The notes under the pieces are model-generated. The model was given only the letters and a program-made list of their open reading frames with translations. It had not been told where the DNA came from and made no database searches. A DNA stretch of 64,000 nucleotides from Agathobacter sp. (GTDB taxonomy: Bacteria; Bacillota; Clostridia; Lachnospirales; Lachnospiraceae). The stretch is taken from NCBI GenBank assembly GCA_963596435.1, contig CAVBMG010000006.1, forward strand, positions 5,938 through 69,937, read 5' to 3'. Below are positions 38,482 to 49,472 of the stretch, piece after piece. The position numbers and the translations under genes are program-made. Each line of letters begins with the position of its first letter. The stretch's first letter is position 1.

Positions 38482-39871
38482 ATGGTGAAAAAAGATAAAC
38501 AAACATATCCACGCCCACGTAAAGAAATGTTGCGCATTATGAAAAACGCAGACAAAGAAGGGCATATATTGGAAACGATCATAGAAGAGTTTGCACTGCA
38601 TCCTTTTTCCATGCCTGCACTGTGGGATTGCAGGGAATATTTCTATCGACTTGATACACAGGACTGTATAAAGAATCCGGTGCTGGTAACACACCTTGCC
38701 CTGATTTCTTCTATGGCAGGGAGACTGGATCAGGCAAAGGACTATCTGAAACTGATAGGAGAGACACCACAGCACTGGCAGCCACAGGATCTAAACCATA
38801 CGGATTTCTACAGGATTGCTCTGGAGATGGTAATGCCTTATACAAGTGATACCATGTTTCTGCGAATCGTTTTCTACTTAATTAAGGCACATGCAGTACC
38901 AGTCATGGGACTTACCCTGTCTGCCTGTCGTCCAAGTATATTAAATGGATTTCGTGATTTTACAAGATATGGACCGTATCTGGAGCGATACGGGGATATC
39001 ATTACAGATGCCGTGCAACAGCTGTATGGAAGCGGTGGGCAGAGTGTATATGAGATATTACTTGCAGAATGGTATTATCAGAATAATGACTGTTTCAACG
39101 CACTTGTACTGGTAACGGGTACGATTCCACTTATTGAGCAGAATAAGGATATGCGCTGTCTGTTTGTTGCCCTGGCTCTACAGATGAAGATTCTGCTTGT
39201 GAATGGACAGACCAGGATGGCAAAACCCCTGGTGGAGAAGATTCGTGAACGAATACATGAAACAGGCTGGGAAGAACTGACTTCCAGCTTAAATGCCCTT
39301 GCCTGCCTTGCAGCCTGCTATGACGGACGCCAGGAGGAAGTGACGCAATGGCTGGAACATACAGCACCGGATGAGAACAAAGATATCTATATGATGGATA
39401 TGTATGCTTATCTGGTGAAGATACGCTGTTATCTGCTGTCATTTACCACAAAGCCGGTGATAAAGGGCGAATGTGTGAAGAACTTGACAAAGCATTAGAG
39501 CTGGCAAGGCGGTATCATTATATTCGTTTACTTGCAGATGAGGGCAGTTGTATGGTGCAGATGCTTTCGATATATCAGCAGGAGAGAAGTGCTGACGGTT
39601 TCACAGATACAATCATGGATCTTGCAGGCGAAGTGGGCAGGCATTTCCCAAATATCTGAAATCTCCGGCAGAATATTATGAACCGCTGACCACAATGGAG
39701 AAGAACGTGTTCCGCCTGATGGCACAGGGAATGAGCAATGATGAGATTGCTGACAGACTTGGGAAAAAGACAGGGACTGTCAAATTCCACAGCAACAACA
39801 TTTTCCGAAAATTACAGGTACAGAACAGACAGCAGGCTGTCAATCGGGGAAGAGAGATCGGTCTTTTATAA
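38482..39871 (+). pseudogene. MalT-like LuxR regulator split over three frames
   Basis: Helical segment 38482-~39435; next frame ELDKALELA..Y.YIRL.ADEG (39471-); then a further frame YLKSPAEYYEPLTTMEKNVFRLMAQGMSNDEIADRLGKKTGTVKFHSNNIFRKLQVQNRQQAV (LuxR HTH) ending TAA 39869-71. Confidence 0.8.
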
Positions 39872-39965
39872 AATGTCTGACAATTTCGTGAGCTTTTCAA
39901 TTGAAAATATAAAATACTTATGTTATAATGAAATTGTGTTATAAAAAACTGGAAGGTGATCGAAC

Positions 39966-41027
39966 ATGAAACAAATATACAAAGCAGATAAAAGAGGAAA
40001 TCTTACAGAAATTCTCAAAGGAATGAAAGCACCGAAATTATTAATGCTGATGTCCAATGCGAAGCAATTTAATGAGCATGTACAAGAGCTGGAGAAGCAT
40101 TTTCCTGGAGTACCCAGTATTGGCTGTATCGGTAGCAGTTATGGCGGACAGGAAGTAGTTGCAGAAAATGGCGTAGCAGTGATTGCCATGGAGGGTAATC
40201 TCACAGTTGCAACGAATGTGTTGGAACAGGCATCCACCATGCCTATAAAATATATTGGCAGACTGGAAGCAGATATCAACAAAGTAGGAGCTTCTGAAAA
40301 GAATACCGTATGTATTGATTTTTGCACCGGCAACGATGCCTGTGTCCTGACAACAATCTACAGTGTACTTGGTCAGAAGAAGATATCTCTGGTAGGAGGA
40401 ACCGGTGACGGCGGCAAAGTCTCTGTTAATGGTAAAGTCTATGAAGACGCAGATGTGTACGCCCTGATTCGCAATAATGATGGTAAAGTGAAAGTCTATA
40501 AGGAAAACATATACAAGCAGGTTCCCGGCTGTCGTTTCATCGCATCACGTACAGACCGCAGTAAATATCTGTTAGGAGAGCTCAATGGACAGCCTGCCAA
40601 GAAAGTATATCAGGACATTCTGCATATCACGGATAAAGAGATGGATACGCAGACATTAAAGAATCCTCTCGGCAAGATGAACGGACAGGATATCTGCATT
40701 ATTTCTATCAAGGAAGTGGCGGGCAATCAGCTCATATGCTACAGACAGGTGAATGATTCTGATGTTCTTACACTGCTTGAAGCGCAGAATATTTCTGAGG
40801 TTGTAGAGAATACCATTCAGAAGATACGCAATGATTTTTCACACATATCCGGTGTATTTTCCGTCAATTGTATATTCCGTTACTTACTCTTTTCTCAAGA
40901 GCATTATTTTGATTCCTATCTGAAAACCATGGAGAAGCTGGGAGATCACGCAGGACTGATTGGGTTTGGAGAACATTACAACCAGCAGTTCGTAAACCAG
41001 ACCATGACCTGTGTTGTATTTGAATAA
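39966..41027 (+). CDS. Stand-alone FIST (FIST_N + FIST_C) sensor protein
   Basis: IGC, LVGG, ELNGQPA..VY, NCIFR, G...FGE....F.NQT. Confidence 0.85.
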   Translation: MKQIYKADKRGNLTEILKGMKAPKLLMLMSNAKQFNEHVQELEKHFPGVPSIGCIGSSYGGQEVVAENGVAVIAMEGNLTVATNVLEQASTMPIKYIGRLEADINKVGASEKNTVCIDFCTGNDACVLTTIYSVLGQKKISLVGGTGDGGKVSVNGKVYEDADVYALIRNNDGKVKVYKENIYKQVPGCRFIASRTDRSKYLLGELNGQPAKKVYQDILHITDKEMDTQTLKNPLGKMNGQDICIISIKEVAGNQLICYRQVNDSDVLTLLEAQNISEVVENTIQKIRNDFSHISGVFSVNCIFRYLLFSQEHYFDSYLKTMEKLGDHAGLIGFGEHYNQQFVNQTMTCVVFE

Positions 41028-41055
41028 GATTTTCGTAGAATGAAGGGGATAAGAT

Positions 41056-42003
41056 ATGTTTAAGAAAAAAGAAGAAAAGCCGGTTGTTACGGCTGCAGAA
41101 GTAATAGATGTACATCCTATCAGCCATGTGGCAGACAGCATTATGATATACCAGAAACAGTTGGCACAGCGTGAAGTAGAATCTCTGGATCAAATGGCAG
41201 GGGTGCAGGCAACATTTGAAGAGGCACTTCAGGAAAATGACAAACTGAGAGAACAGATGGAAGTATTGTCAGAAGTATTTGTTGATGTGGAACAGATTGC
41301 TTCACGTTTTGATAATGTAAAAAATGACATTGCAGCTTCAGTAGGTGACGCGCAAAGCAAGGTTGATAAGTTGAAGAGCAGCTCTTCTGAAGTACAGAGC
41401 AGCTTTGAAGAAATACAGAACACATTCGTAGGCGTACAGACTTCGGTACAGCAGATCAAGGATTGCATGAAACAGATCATTGCGATTGCCAATCAGACGA
41501 ATATGCTGGCACTGAATGCGGCGATAGAAGCAGCACGCGCCGGAGAGCAGGGCAAGGGCTTCGCAGTCGTAGCAGATGAGGTCAAGAAGCTGGCTGACGA
41601 AATCAAGAATCTGGTCAGCAACGTAGATAACAGTATTTCAGAGGTTGAAAGTGGTACAGAACAGCTTAATCGGAACATTGAAAGCTCCAAAGAAGCATTT
41701 AAACAGAATGTTGAAGATGTGGATGTTGCTTATGTAGTCTTTGACCAGATCATTGAGGCGGCGGATGGAGCGAAGACGGTACAGCAGGAAATAAGTCAGG
41801 TAACACAGTCTTCCGGGCAAAAGCTTGAACAGGTAAAAGACTGTTTTGAATCGGAAGAAGAGAAGATGCAGCGGGTGCTGACATATATCGAGCGTGCAAA
41901 CGAACTGGGTACAACGAAGAGTTCCATGTTTGAAGACATGAACAATTTAGTAGGACAGTTGAATCCAATCGTAAAAGAAATACAACAGAAACAATCAAGA
42001 TAG
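41056..42003 (+). CDS. Soluble methyl-accepting chemotaxis protein (signalling domain only)
   Basis: [37 protein letters not shown]; no TM segment. Confidence 0.92.
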   Translation: MFKKKEEKPVVTAAEVIDVHPISHVADSIMIYQKQLAQREVESLDQMAGVQATFEEALQENDKLREQMEVLSEVFVDVEQIASRFDNVKNDIAASVGDAQSKVDKLKSSSSEVQSSFEEIQNTFVGVQTSVQQIKDCMKQIIAIANQTNMLALNAAIEAARAGEQGKGFAVVADEVKKLADEIKNLVSNVDNSISEVESGTEQLNRNIESSKEAFKQNVEDVDVAYVVFDQIIEAADGAKTVQQEISQVTQSSGQKLEQVKDCFESEEEKMQRVLTYIERANELGTTKSSMFEDMNNLVGQLNPIVKEIQQKQSR

Positions 42004-42024
42004 ATAATAAGATAAAGATGCAGG

Positions 42025-42052
42025 AAATCCCTTAGAAATAAGGGATTTTTTG
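42025..42052 (+). terminator. Intrinsic terminator after the FIST-MCP operon
   Basis: aaatccctta-gaaa-taagggattt followed by Ts. Confidence 0.85.
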
Positions 42053-42183
42053 TTATATACAGGGTTAAAAGTTTGGTTAAAAGTTTAGTTTTTCTCAACC
42101 TTAGTTTGCTATACAAACAATGTCGAGACAGATATAATAAAGTCAGAGATTGTCATTGACATAGAGCGAAAGGATTGAAAAAT

Positions 42184-43539
42184 ATGAAGAAAGTGTGGAT
42201 TGGTCTGTCAATTACATGTATTTTGATAGGCATCTTCGGAACTGCGGTAGACCTGATAGAGGGAAATTCCCTGGAAGATACCGCTGTTGTACTCTTCGTT
42301 CTGACTTTATTCGCAGCATTCTTTGGCTGGCTTGCCTGGCTCTGGAGAATCAGATCTCCTCTAAAAAGGGCAGGAGAACAGGCGGCTATGGCGGCGAACA
42401 AGGTAAAAGAAAGCAACGATGCGTACAAAGGGCTGTCCAAATCATTAAAATTGCGTGTGTGGAAGTATCGTATTGCAGGTGCATTGATAGCTGTACTGGG
42501 TGTACGGATGTGGCCAATGGGGAACTGGAGTACCTTCTGGATATCTTTTGGAACAGTCGTGCTGATTATCGGTATTGCAATCTTTATGATGGGCTCACCG
42601 CAGGATTATAACAGTATAACTGATGCAGCCAAAATGATCGGAATGGATAGAGAACGGAAAATAGGAGAATTCTACGAAGCATATAAGGAGATACAGACTC
42701 CGCTTGGTTCTGCCTGGCTGGGATATTTCTACACTTCTCCTTATAAATCAATGATATTTGGTCCGGATGACAGGGGACAGTTCATATACTTCTATCTGAA
42801 CGGTGCAGGTAATGTTAGTTATATCGGATATTCTTTTCTGGATAACGCAATAAAAGAAAAATTGACTGAACCGGTCTATCCACCTGTGACGGATCTGGGA
42901 GCCGATACAGCAGGACATCTCTGCTACCATACGGATGTCTTTTTCTTCCAGGACTGGTTGAAGGCAAGCATTGAGAATTACGTGAAGACAGGGCAGGTAA
43001 TTCCTTTTATGGATGCTTCTCCTTCAGAGGTCTATACCTTTACCGAGGATTTCAAGCTTACCGGAGAGCACTTCGAGGTACAGGATAAGGATCAGAATAC
43101 AGTCTACATAGTAGATGGCACGATGCCTCTCATTAACCTGTATATCCATGATACGGAGGGCAATGAGATATTTAAAATGACGAAGGAGATCGGACACGCG
43201 CTGGCTACTTACCGCTTTTTCTACCGGGGCGAGCCTTACGGCGTATTGGAGAAACAGTTCACCTTCGTACGTGATACCTTCACAATGGATATTAATGAAG
43301 GCAGGCTGGAACTGACCGAATATGCAGGAACGATTGGGCATAACTTCAAGGTAACACTGAATGGTACGCTGATTGGTGCGATCATGGATGATATGGACAT
43401 CACCATTGAAAATATCGTATGGGACAATGCTTTCCTGATCGTTCATGACAGGAAGTATCTGCCGCTTATCACCGCGATGGCAGTCATGGTAACGAGAGAG
43501 CTTGCCAGGGATGAGGACGGTGGACTGACCAACCGATAA
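42184..43539 (+). CDS. Membrane protein with C-terminal LURP-one/Tubby-like domain
   Basis: 4 N-terminal TM; C-terminal beta-rich F.V.D.....VY.VDG, I.D..G.E, HNF.V..NG..IG, ending in a hydrophobic helix. Confidence 0.55.
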   Translation: MKKVWIGLSITCILIGIFGTAVDLIEGNSLEDTAVVLFVLTLFAAFFGWLAWLWRIRSPLKRAGEQAAMAANKVKESNDAYKGLSKSLKLRVWKYRIAGALIAVLGVRMWPMGNWSTFWISFGTVVLIIGIAIFMMGSPQDYNSITDAAKMIGMDRERKIGEFYEAYKEIQTPLGSAWLGYFYTSPYKSMIFGPDDRGQFIYFYLNGAGNVSYIGYSFLDNAIKEKLTEPVYPPVTDLGADTAGHLCYHTDVFFFQDWLKASIENYVKTGQVIPFMDASPSEVYTFTEDFKLTGEHFEVQDKDQNTVYIVDGTMPLINLYIHDTEGNEIFKMTKEIGHALATYRFFYRGEPYGVLEKQFTFVRDTFTMDINEGRLELTEYAGTIGHNFKVTLNGTLIGAIMDDMDITIENIVWDNAFLIVHDRKYLPLITAMAVMVTRELARDEDGGLTNR

Positions 43540-43563
43540 AGAGAAGAGAGAGAGAAGAGACAT

Positions 43564-44232
43564 ATGAAGAGAGAGAGAAGAATAGCAATTATACTTGCAA
43601 CGCTTGCGACAACAGTTCTGTGTGGCTGTGGAGGTGTTTCTGCGATAGCCTTTTCCAACGAAGAGGCAGCCAAGGACGCGCTGAATACAGCCGGGACTGT
43701 GCATTTTGATGGTGATGTAAAGGCAGTCAACCAGGGTACGGATATTCTGGCTGATGGACAGGTAGCCGGGTATATGGAAGAGACAGGTTTTTTTGATACG
43801 AAATGGACAGTCTCTATTGATGGAAACACCTGGTTCTATGCGAAATTTGTAACAGATGAGCCAATTAATGAAAATACGGATACGCTTGTTTCAGCAACGA
43901 CCTATGATTTCTATAATGCAGATGACACCTGTATCGGCTATGCGCAGGAGCAGGCAGTGAAAGGCGGAAGTGGTGGTTATTACATCTGCTATATGGATGC
44001 AGATGGTAATCCCAAAGATTATTATTCCAATGAAAAAGCAACCCAGACTTATGACAGCGAAGGGAACCTTATTGCTACAGGTACTGTTGATTTTAACGGC
44101 TTCTTTGAAAGCCAGCACTGCTATGTAGAGATCACTGCGGAAGAGGGTAGTACTATGCAGATGGATTTCATGGATAAGATGGCGATGTATCTCTACCTGT
44201 TTTCAGATTTTAACAGCGAACATCTTGACTGA
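43564..44232 (+). CDS. Hypothetical lipoprotein
   Basis: Signal peptide with LCGC lipobox; acidic, beta-rich body. Confidence 0.65.
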   Translation: MKRERRIAIILATLATTVLCGCGGVSAIAFSNEEAAKDALNTAGTVHFDGDVKAVNQGTDILADGQVAGYMEETGFFDTKWTVSIDGNTWFYAKFVTDEPINENTDTLVSATTYDFYNADDTCIGYAQEQAVKGGSGGYYICYMDADGNPKDYYSNEKATQTYDSEGNLIATGTVDFNGFFESQHCYVEITAEEGSTMQMDFMDKMAMYLYLFSDFNSEHLD

Positions 44233-44310
44233 TTCTGGGTGTAGCAGCATTGACAGCGACAGGATTTTTGACCTTGAAGAAACGTAAAGAAGAATAGTAC
44301 TATTTAGAAG

Positions 44311-44358
44311 AAAACGGCGATATTGTATAGCAGAGAAGCTATACGGTATCGCTGTTTT
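44311..44358. terminator. Long hairpin, likely intrinsic terminator
   Basis: aaaacggcgatattgtatagc-agagaa-gctatacggtatcgctgtttt. Confidence 0.75.
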
Positions 44359-44485
44359 GTGTTATATTGTGCTTTTTATAGCGTAATTATTCAAAGCTAT
44401 GCAAAGAATAAATGCATAATAAAGCATTGATGTTTTGGAAACAGTTAGGTATCATATAAATAAGAAGTACGAGAGGAGAAATGTT

Positions 44486-45442
44486 ATGAAGATGAAGAAG
44501 ATTGCAGTACTGGGGGCGGGAGCAGTCGGCTCCTATGTCATTTGGGGGCTTTCTGAGCGTGATGACATCAGTTTGGGTGTTGTTGCAGAGGGTGAGAGAG
44601 CCAACCGATTAAAGAACGGCTGTATCATCAATGGTGTGACATATCACCCGGAAGTATGGACACCACAGGAAGCACAGGGAGCAGATCTGCTGATTATAGC
44701 TTTGAAATATGGTGCATTGCCGGGCGCATTAGACAGTATCCGCACGATTACTGGAGAGAATACAGTTGTAATGAGCCTTATGAACGGTGTAGACAGTGAA
44801 GAGATCATTTCTACTGTAATAGACAGTTCTCATATCATTTATTCCCTGATAAAAGTAGCTTCTCATAAGGAAGGCGATGGTTTCTACTTTAACCCGGAGA
44901 CTACGATAGGAATTATTTTCGGAGAGCTTACCACATCATATCAGAGTGAGCGTGTACATGCAATCGAAGCCCTTTTTGAAGGCACTGGCTTACATTATCG
45001 TGCGACAGAACATATCAGAGAAGAGATGTGGAGCAAGTTCCGCCTGAATGTATGTAACAATCTTCCTCAGGCAATCCTTGGAGCGGGTGTTGGATGTTAT
45101 CAGGACAGCGTTCATATGAAAGAGATCAGCAACGGACTCAGAAGAGAGCTGGAAGCTGTCGCAGCGGCGAAAGGAATCGACATCAGCAAGGCAGATGCTT
45201 CCTCTGGTCATGGCAGTGCTGTTCCACCAACAGCCAGATACTCTACTTTACAGGATCTGGATGCAGGTCGTCACACAGAGATTGACATGTTTTCAGGCGC
45301 ACTGATGCGTATGGGTAAGGAGCTTGGTATCCCTACACCTTATAATGAATTCGCTTACCATATCATCAAAGCCATGGAAGAGAAGAATGACGGTAAATTC
45401 GATTATACCGGAAACCAGGAAGAAACGACCTGCGCTAAGTAA
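44486..45442 (+). CDS. panE: Ketopantoate reductase (ApbA/PanE family)
   Basis: GAGAVG Rossmann motif, MNG, WSKF..N, STLQDL.AGR.TEID. Confidence 0.85.
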   Translation: MKMKKIAVLGAGAVGSYVIWGLSERDDISLGVVAEGERANRLKNGCIINGVTYHPEVWTPQEAQGADLLIIALKYGALPGALDSIRTITGENTVVMSLMNGVDSEEIISTVIDSSHIIYSLIKVASHKEGDGFYFNPETTIGIIFGELTTSYQSERVHAIEALFEGTGLHYRATEHIREEMWSKFRLNVCNNLPQAILGAGVGCYQDSVHMKEISNGLRRELEAVAAAKGIDISKADASSGHGSAVPPTARYSTLQDLDAGRHTEIDMFSGALMRMGKELGIPTPYNEFAYHIIKAMEEKNDGKFDYTGNQEETTCAK

Positions 45443-45486
45443 TACGATATACGAAGAAAAACACGATACTATGGAGGAAATTTAAA

Positions 45487-46524
45487 ATGCACATCCCGGA
45501 GAATTATTTATCACCGGCAACCTGCGGTGTGATGGGAGCGGCAATGGTGCCAGTCTGGGCGCACGCTGTAAAGAAAATAAATGAGGAACTTCCTAAGGAT
45601 AAGATACCACTTCTGGGAGTGGGAGCAGCTTTCTCCTTTTTGGGTATGATGTTCAATGTACCACTTGTGGGCGGTACAACAGGACATGCAGTGGGAGGAA
45701 CATTAATTGCGCTGTTATTTGGTCCAAATGCAGCATGTATTGCGGTATCTATAGCACTGTTATTGCAGGCAATCATCTTTGGGGATGGTGGAATCCTGGC
45801 ATTTGGTGCGAATTGCTTCAATATGGCATTTGTTTTGCCGTATGTCGGTTACGCAGTATATCGCCTGATCGTAAGAATAGTAGGTGGAGACTCGGCAAAA
45901 GAAAGAGTACATTATATCGCTGCAGCAATAGGTTCTTATATTGGAATTAATGCAGCTGCACTTTGTGCTTCTGTAGAATTTGGTATTCAGCCTTTGTTAT
46001 TTAAGGATGCATCCGGTAATGCCCTTTACTGCCCATATGATCTTACTGTCTCAGTCCCTGCTATGATGATTCCCCATCTTGCTGTGGCAGGAATCGTTGA
46101 AGCAGTGTTCACCGTGGCAGTATATGCCTTTGTGAAAAAGACTTCACCGGATCTCACCTATGAAAATATTCTGACAGATAGAGAAGAAGCGAATACGACA
46201 AAGAAGCACACGCCGATATTTGCCCTGATTGCACTGCTTATCGCAGCAACGCCGCTTGGACTGTTGGCTACGGGTACAGCATGGGGAGAATGGGGTTCTG
46301 ACGAAATCGCTGATATTGTAACCAATGGTTCTGCACTTGGATACACACCGAAAGGGTTGGCAGAAGGCTGGTCATTGTCTGTGCTTATGCCTGATTATGC
46401 TGTCAGTGGAATGAATGAGGTTATTGCCTATATCTTATCGGCTTTAATCGGCGTGGCACTTCTTATCATTATATTTAAGCTGATCTCAATTCCTATGAAA
46501 GGACGAAATCATTATGCTTCCTAG
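45487..46524 (+). CDS. cbiM: Ni/Co ECF substrate component CbiM/NikM fused to a PDGLE-type domain
   Basis: N-terminal MHIPENYL metal motif, GTTGH, FGDGG..A.GAN, WGEWG, MPDY. Confidence 0.88.
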   Translation: MHIPENYLSPATCGVMGAAMVPVWAHAVKKINEELPKDKIPLLGVGAAFSFLGMMFNVPLVGGTTGHAVGGTLIALLFGPNAACIAVSIALLLQAIIFGDGGILAFGANCFNMAFVLPYVGYAVYRLIVRIVGGDSAKERVHYIAAAIGSYIGINAAALCASVEFGIQPLLFKDASGNALYCPYDLTVSVPAMMIPHLAVAGIVEAVFTVAVYAFVKKTSPDLTYENILTDREEANTTKKHTPIFALIALLIAATPLGLLATGTAWGEWGSDEIADIVTNGSALGYTPKGLAEGWSLSVLMPDYAVSGMNEVIAYILSALIGVALLIIIFKLISIPMKGRNHYAS

Positions 46525-47230
46525 TTGGATGGAAAGTGTGGATCAATATGATCCGCCAAAAGACGGCAGTAAATTTGCAGTGAAGACAATTCAGACAATT
46601 GGAAAAGCTATGTCACGTATAAAAGTCCAGAAGGGACATGAGAAGGGACGGTCTTTGCCGGCCCTTTTCAAGTTGCTTGTAACAGCAGGTGGAATCCTGT
46701 TTCTGTCCATTACACAAAATAAGTTGTGTATCATGGCATATGCGGCTATACTGTTATTATATTTGTGTACATGGCCTGCGAGGGATATTTTGAACATTAT
46801 GAAAGCAGGATGTGGCACATCTGTACTGGCACTTATTATATTGCTTCCTGCAATGATCGTACAGCCGAGTGGTATACGAAATGAACTATTGATTGTGATA
46901 AAGGTATTTTTAAGCATATCTACACTAAGTATTTTTAATCATACGACGCAGTGGAATCATATTACGGGAGCACTCAGGAAGCTGCATATCCCCGGGATTT
47001 TTATCTTTACTTTGGATATTACATTAAAGTATATTGTGCTTCTGGGGAATCTGATTACAGATCTGTTGACATCTCTGCAGCTTCGTTCTGTTGGAAAAAA
47101 TAATAAAAAGTACAGTTCCATCGGAGGCGTCATGGGTGTTACATTTGTGAGAGGTACTGAGATGAACCAGCAAATGTATGAGGCGATGCAGTGCAGAGGA
47201 TTTACGGATGATTATAGTGTGAAAAATTAA
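46514..47230 (+). CDS. cbiQ: Ni/Co ECF T component
   Basis: AL.KL.IP..F, LRS, YEAM.CRGF. Confidence 0.85.
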   Translation: MLPSWMESVDQYDPPKDGSKFAVKTIQTIGKAMSRIKVQKGHEKGRSLPALFKLLVTAGGILFLSITQNKLCIMAYAAILLLYLCTWPARDILNIMKAGCGTSVLALIILLPAMIVQPSGIRNELLIVIKVFLSISTLSIFNHTTQWNHITGALRKLHIPGIFIFTLDITLKYIVLLGNLITDLLTSLQLRSVGKNNKKYSSIGGVMGVTFVRGTEMNQQMYEAMQCRGFTDDYSVKN

Positions 47231-47296
47231 TTTTCACATGCGGCTTTGTGCCGGCAATCCCAAGCTTGCAGATTACGGAAGGACATGGTTATTAGC

Positions 47297-47950
47297 ATGA
47301 AAATAATAGAATTGTCGGATGTGACATTTGGATATGATGAAGCTGAACCACCGGTTCTGGCTCATTTCAATTTGGCAATAGAGAAGGGAACATGTATCGT
47401 TATTGAGGGTGATAATGGTTCTGGCAAGACGACACTTTTCAGAATTATCAATGGATTGTCTTTTCCTCAGAAGGGGAAGTTCCTGTTTGATGGAACTGAA
47501 ATCACGGAGAAATATTTAAAAGATAGCAGGAATGCTAAACTTTTTCATAAGCGAATCGGATATTTATTTCAGAATCCCGATGTCATGCTTTTTAATGCAA
47601 AAGTATATGATGAGATCGCTTTTGGACCCAGACAGATGGGCATGACAGAAGAGGAAGTAAAGCGCAGAACGCAAGATTGCATGAGAATATTCGATTTAGA
47701 GGCATTAGCAGATAAAGCGCCCTATCATTTGAGTGGAGGGCAGAAGAAGAAGACTGCACTTGCAGTTGTCATGTCCCTTAACCCGGAAGTCATCGTTTTG
47801 GATGAGCCTTTTGCAGGACTTGACCAGAAAAGTCAACAGATACTGACAACATTTATCGAGGATTTGAAAAAAGCCGGTAAAACGTTGCTGATAGCAACAC
47901 ATAATCCTGATGTAAAAGAAAAGCTGGCTGATGTAACGATATCACTATAG
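47297..47950 (+). CDS. cbiO: Ni/Co ECF ATPase
   Basis: GDNGSGKT, FQNPD, EIAFGP, HLSGGQKK, LDEP; start 47285 or 47297. Confidence 0.88.
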   Translation: MKIIELSDVTFGYDEAEPPVLAHFNLAIEKGTCIVIEGDNGSGKTTLFRIINGLSFPQKGKFLFDGTEITEKYLKDSRNAKLFHKRIGYLFQNPDVMLFNAKVYDEIAFGPRQMGMTEEEVKRRTQDCMRIFDLEALADKAPYHLSGGQKKKTALAVVMSLNPEVIVLDEPFAGLDQKSQQILTTFIEDLKKAGKTLLIATHNPDVKEKLADVTISL

Positions 47951-47967
47951 AAGAGGAGAGATAGACT

Positions 47968-48681
47968 ATGAAATCAAAGAGAATGAAAGCATTATTATTT
48001 ATGAGCATGGCTGTACTTGCAACCGCCTGCGGTAAGGAAGAAGTCAATACAGCAGAATCACAGACACAGATTGCGGAAGAGGCAGGTACTGAAGCCCTGC
48101 AAACACAGACTTCGGAAGAAATAACAGGTGAAGCATTTATGCCAAATGGTTTTATCGAGGAGAAAGCACAGAAAAATGAATTTGACTCTTATGAGGAAGT
48201 AATCGGTTATCTCGAAGCAGGTCAGGCATATACCTATGTGGATGTATTGGGAAGTGAGGAACCCATATTACTGGTTACAGAAGGTACATATGATAATCAG
48301 GATGGCAAAAACGATGCAGTTTCTATTTTAGCATATGTATACCTGGAGGATGAAAATGGTGTAAGCTGTGGCTCCATGATCGCATCTGAGGGTACTGCTT
48401 ATCCTATTGCCGTAAAGGATGGATTACTTTACACAGCAGGCGGACATATGATAGAAGCAGACTGTATTTCACAGGAGACTCATGCGCTGATGGTAAAATC
48501 CTATATAAGCGAAGACTTTGACGAGAATGGAACAGCACATTATACAGGATTTATCAGAAGCAGCAATCAGGTATATGAAGACGGCAAGGAAATCGATGAT
48601 GCAGACGAAGATCATCAGTATCAGGCACTTTGGGATGAATATACAGACGCAGAGATTGTGAACTTTACGGTAGTGCAGTAA
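47968..48681 (+). CDS. Hypothetical acidic lipoprotein
   Basis: LATAC lipobox; GAGGAG RBS. Confidence 0.7.
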   Translation: MKSKRMKALLFMSMAVLATACGKEEVNTAESQTQIAEEAGTEALQTQTSEEITGEAFMPNGFIEEKAQKNEFDSYEEVIGYLEAGQAYTYVDVLGSEEPILLVTEGTYDNQDGKNDAVSILAYVYLEDENGVSCGSMIASEGTAYPIAVKDGLLYTAGGHMIEADCISQETHALMVKSYISEDFDENGTAHYTGFIRSSNQVYEDGKEIDDADEDHQYQALWDEYTDAEIVNFTVVQ

Positions 48682-48714
48682 TACCTGAAGGCAGTTATTG
48701 AGGAGGGTATATAG

Positions 48715-49458
48715 ATGTTGTATGAACTGGAAAATACATCAAAAGTAAAAGAATTATTTGCCGGTTGGAATGAGACATTGATTTTTTCATGTCTTCAAAA
48801 GATTATGGGAAAGGTCTATGTCTCAGATCTGGAACAACCGAAATCGGCATTTGCATTTGTGGGATGTTTCGGCTTCTATGCCGGAATCCCGGATAGAGAA
48901 ATGGTAATGGATAAACCGGATGGTTTTGTGATCTTGACACCGCAAAATAATGAATGGGCGAAGTTAATAGAAGAATGCTACCCTTTGGCTAAAAAAGTTA
49001 CAAGATATGCTATAAAAAAAGATACAATATTTGACCAGATTAGGCTGCAAAATGAAATCAAAAAGCTTCCTGCCGGCTATGAACTGAAAAAGATAGATGC
49101 AGATATTTATGATCAATGTCTGGAAAATCCTGCAACAGAAGATTTCGTTTCGGCTTTTAAGAGCAAAGAAAAATATTTACAAATGGGCAGAGGAATGGTT
49201 ATTTTAAAAAATGGTATCATTGTAGCAGGTGCATCATCATATACTCGGTATCGTGAAGGCATAGAGATTGAAGTTGATACGATTGAGCCTGAAAGAAGAA
49301 AGCACTTAGCAACAATAGCATGTTCCGCACTCATATTAAACTGCCTGGAGGAAGGACTATACCCCAGTTGGGATGCACAAAATATGAATTCAGTTCATCT
49401 GGCAGAAAAACTGGGGTATGAATTCGATCATGAATATACAGCATATGAGGTCGTATAA
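48715..49458 (+). CDS. GNAT family acetyltransferase
   Basis: IEIEVDT....RRKHLA....ALIL.CLE.GLYPSWDA.N..S..LAEKLGY. Confidence 0.88.
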   Translation: MLYELENTSKVKELFAGWNETLIFSCLQKIMGKVYVSDLEQPKSAFAFVGCFGFYAGIPDREMVMDKPDGFVILTPQNNEWAKLIEECYPLAKKVTRYAIKKDTIFDQIRLQNEIKKLPAGYELKKIDADIYDQCLENPATEDFVSAFKSKEKYLQMGRGMVILKNGIIVAGASSYTRYREGIEIEVDTIEPERRKHLATIACSALILNCLEEGLYPSWDAQNMNSVHLAEKLGYEFDHEYTAYEVV

Positions 49459-49472
49459 AATAAATAAACTGC

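Noticed and set aside
43539..43581. GA-rich low-complexity stretch as a phase-variable repeat
   Set aside because: Interrupted, with at most about five perfect units; explained by the RBS region and KRERR codons
43024..43704. 226-aa minus-strand ORF
   Set aside because: Overlaps two credible plus-strand genes; no motifs
45443..45486. Riboswitch upstream of cbiM
   Set aside because: Only 44 bp intergenic; the MHIP N-terminus also fits a nickel transporter
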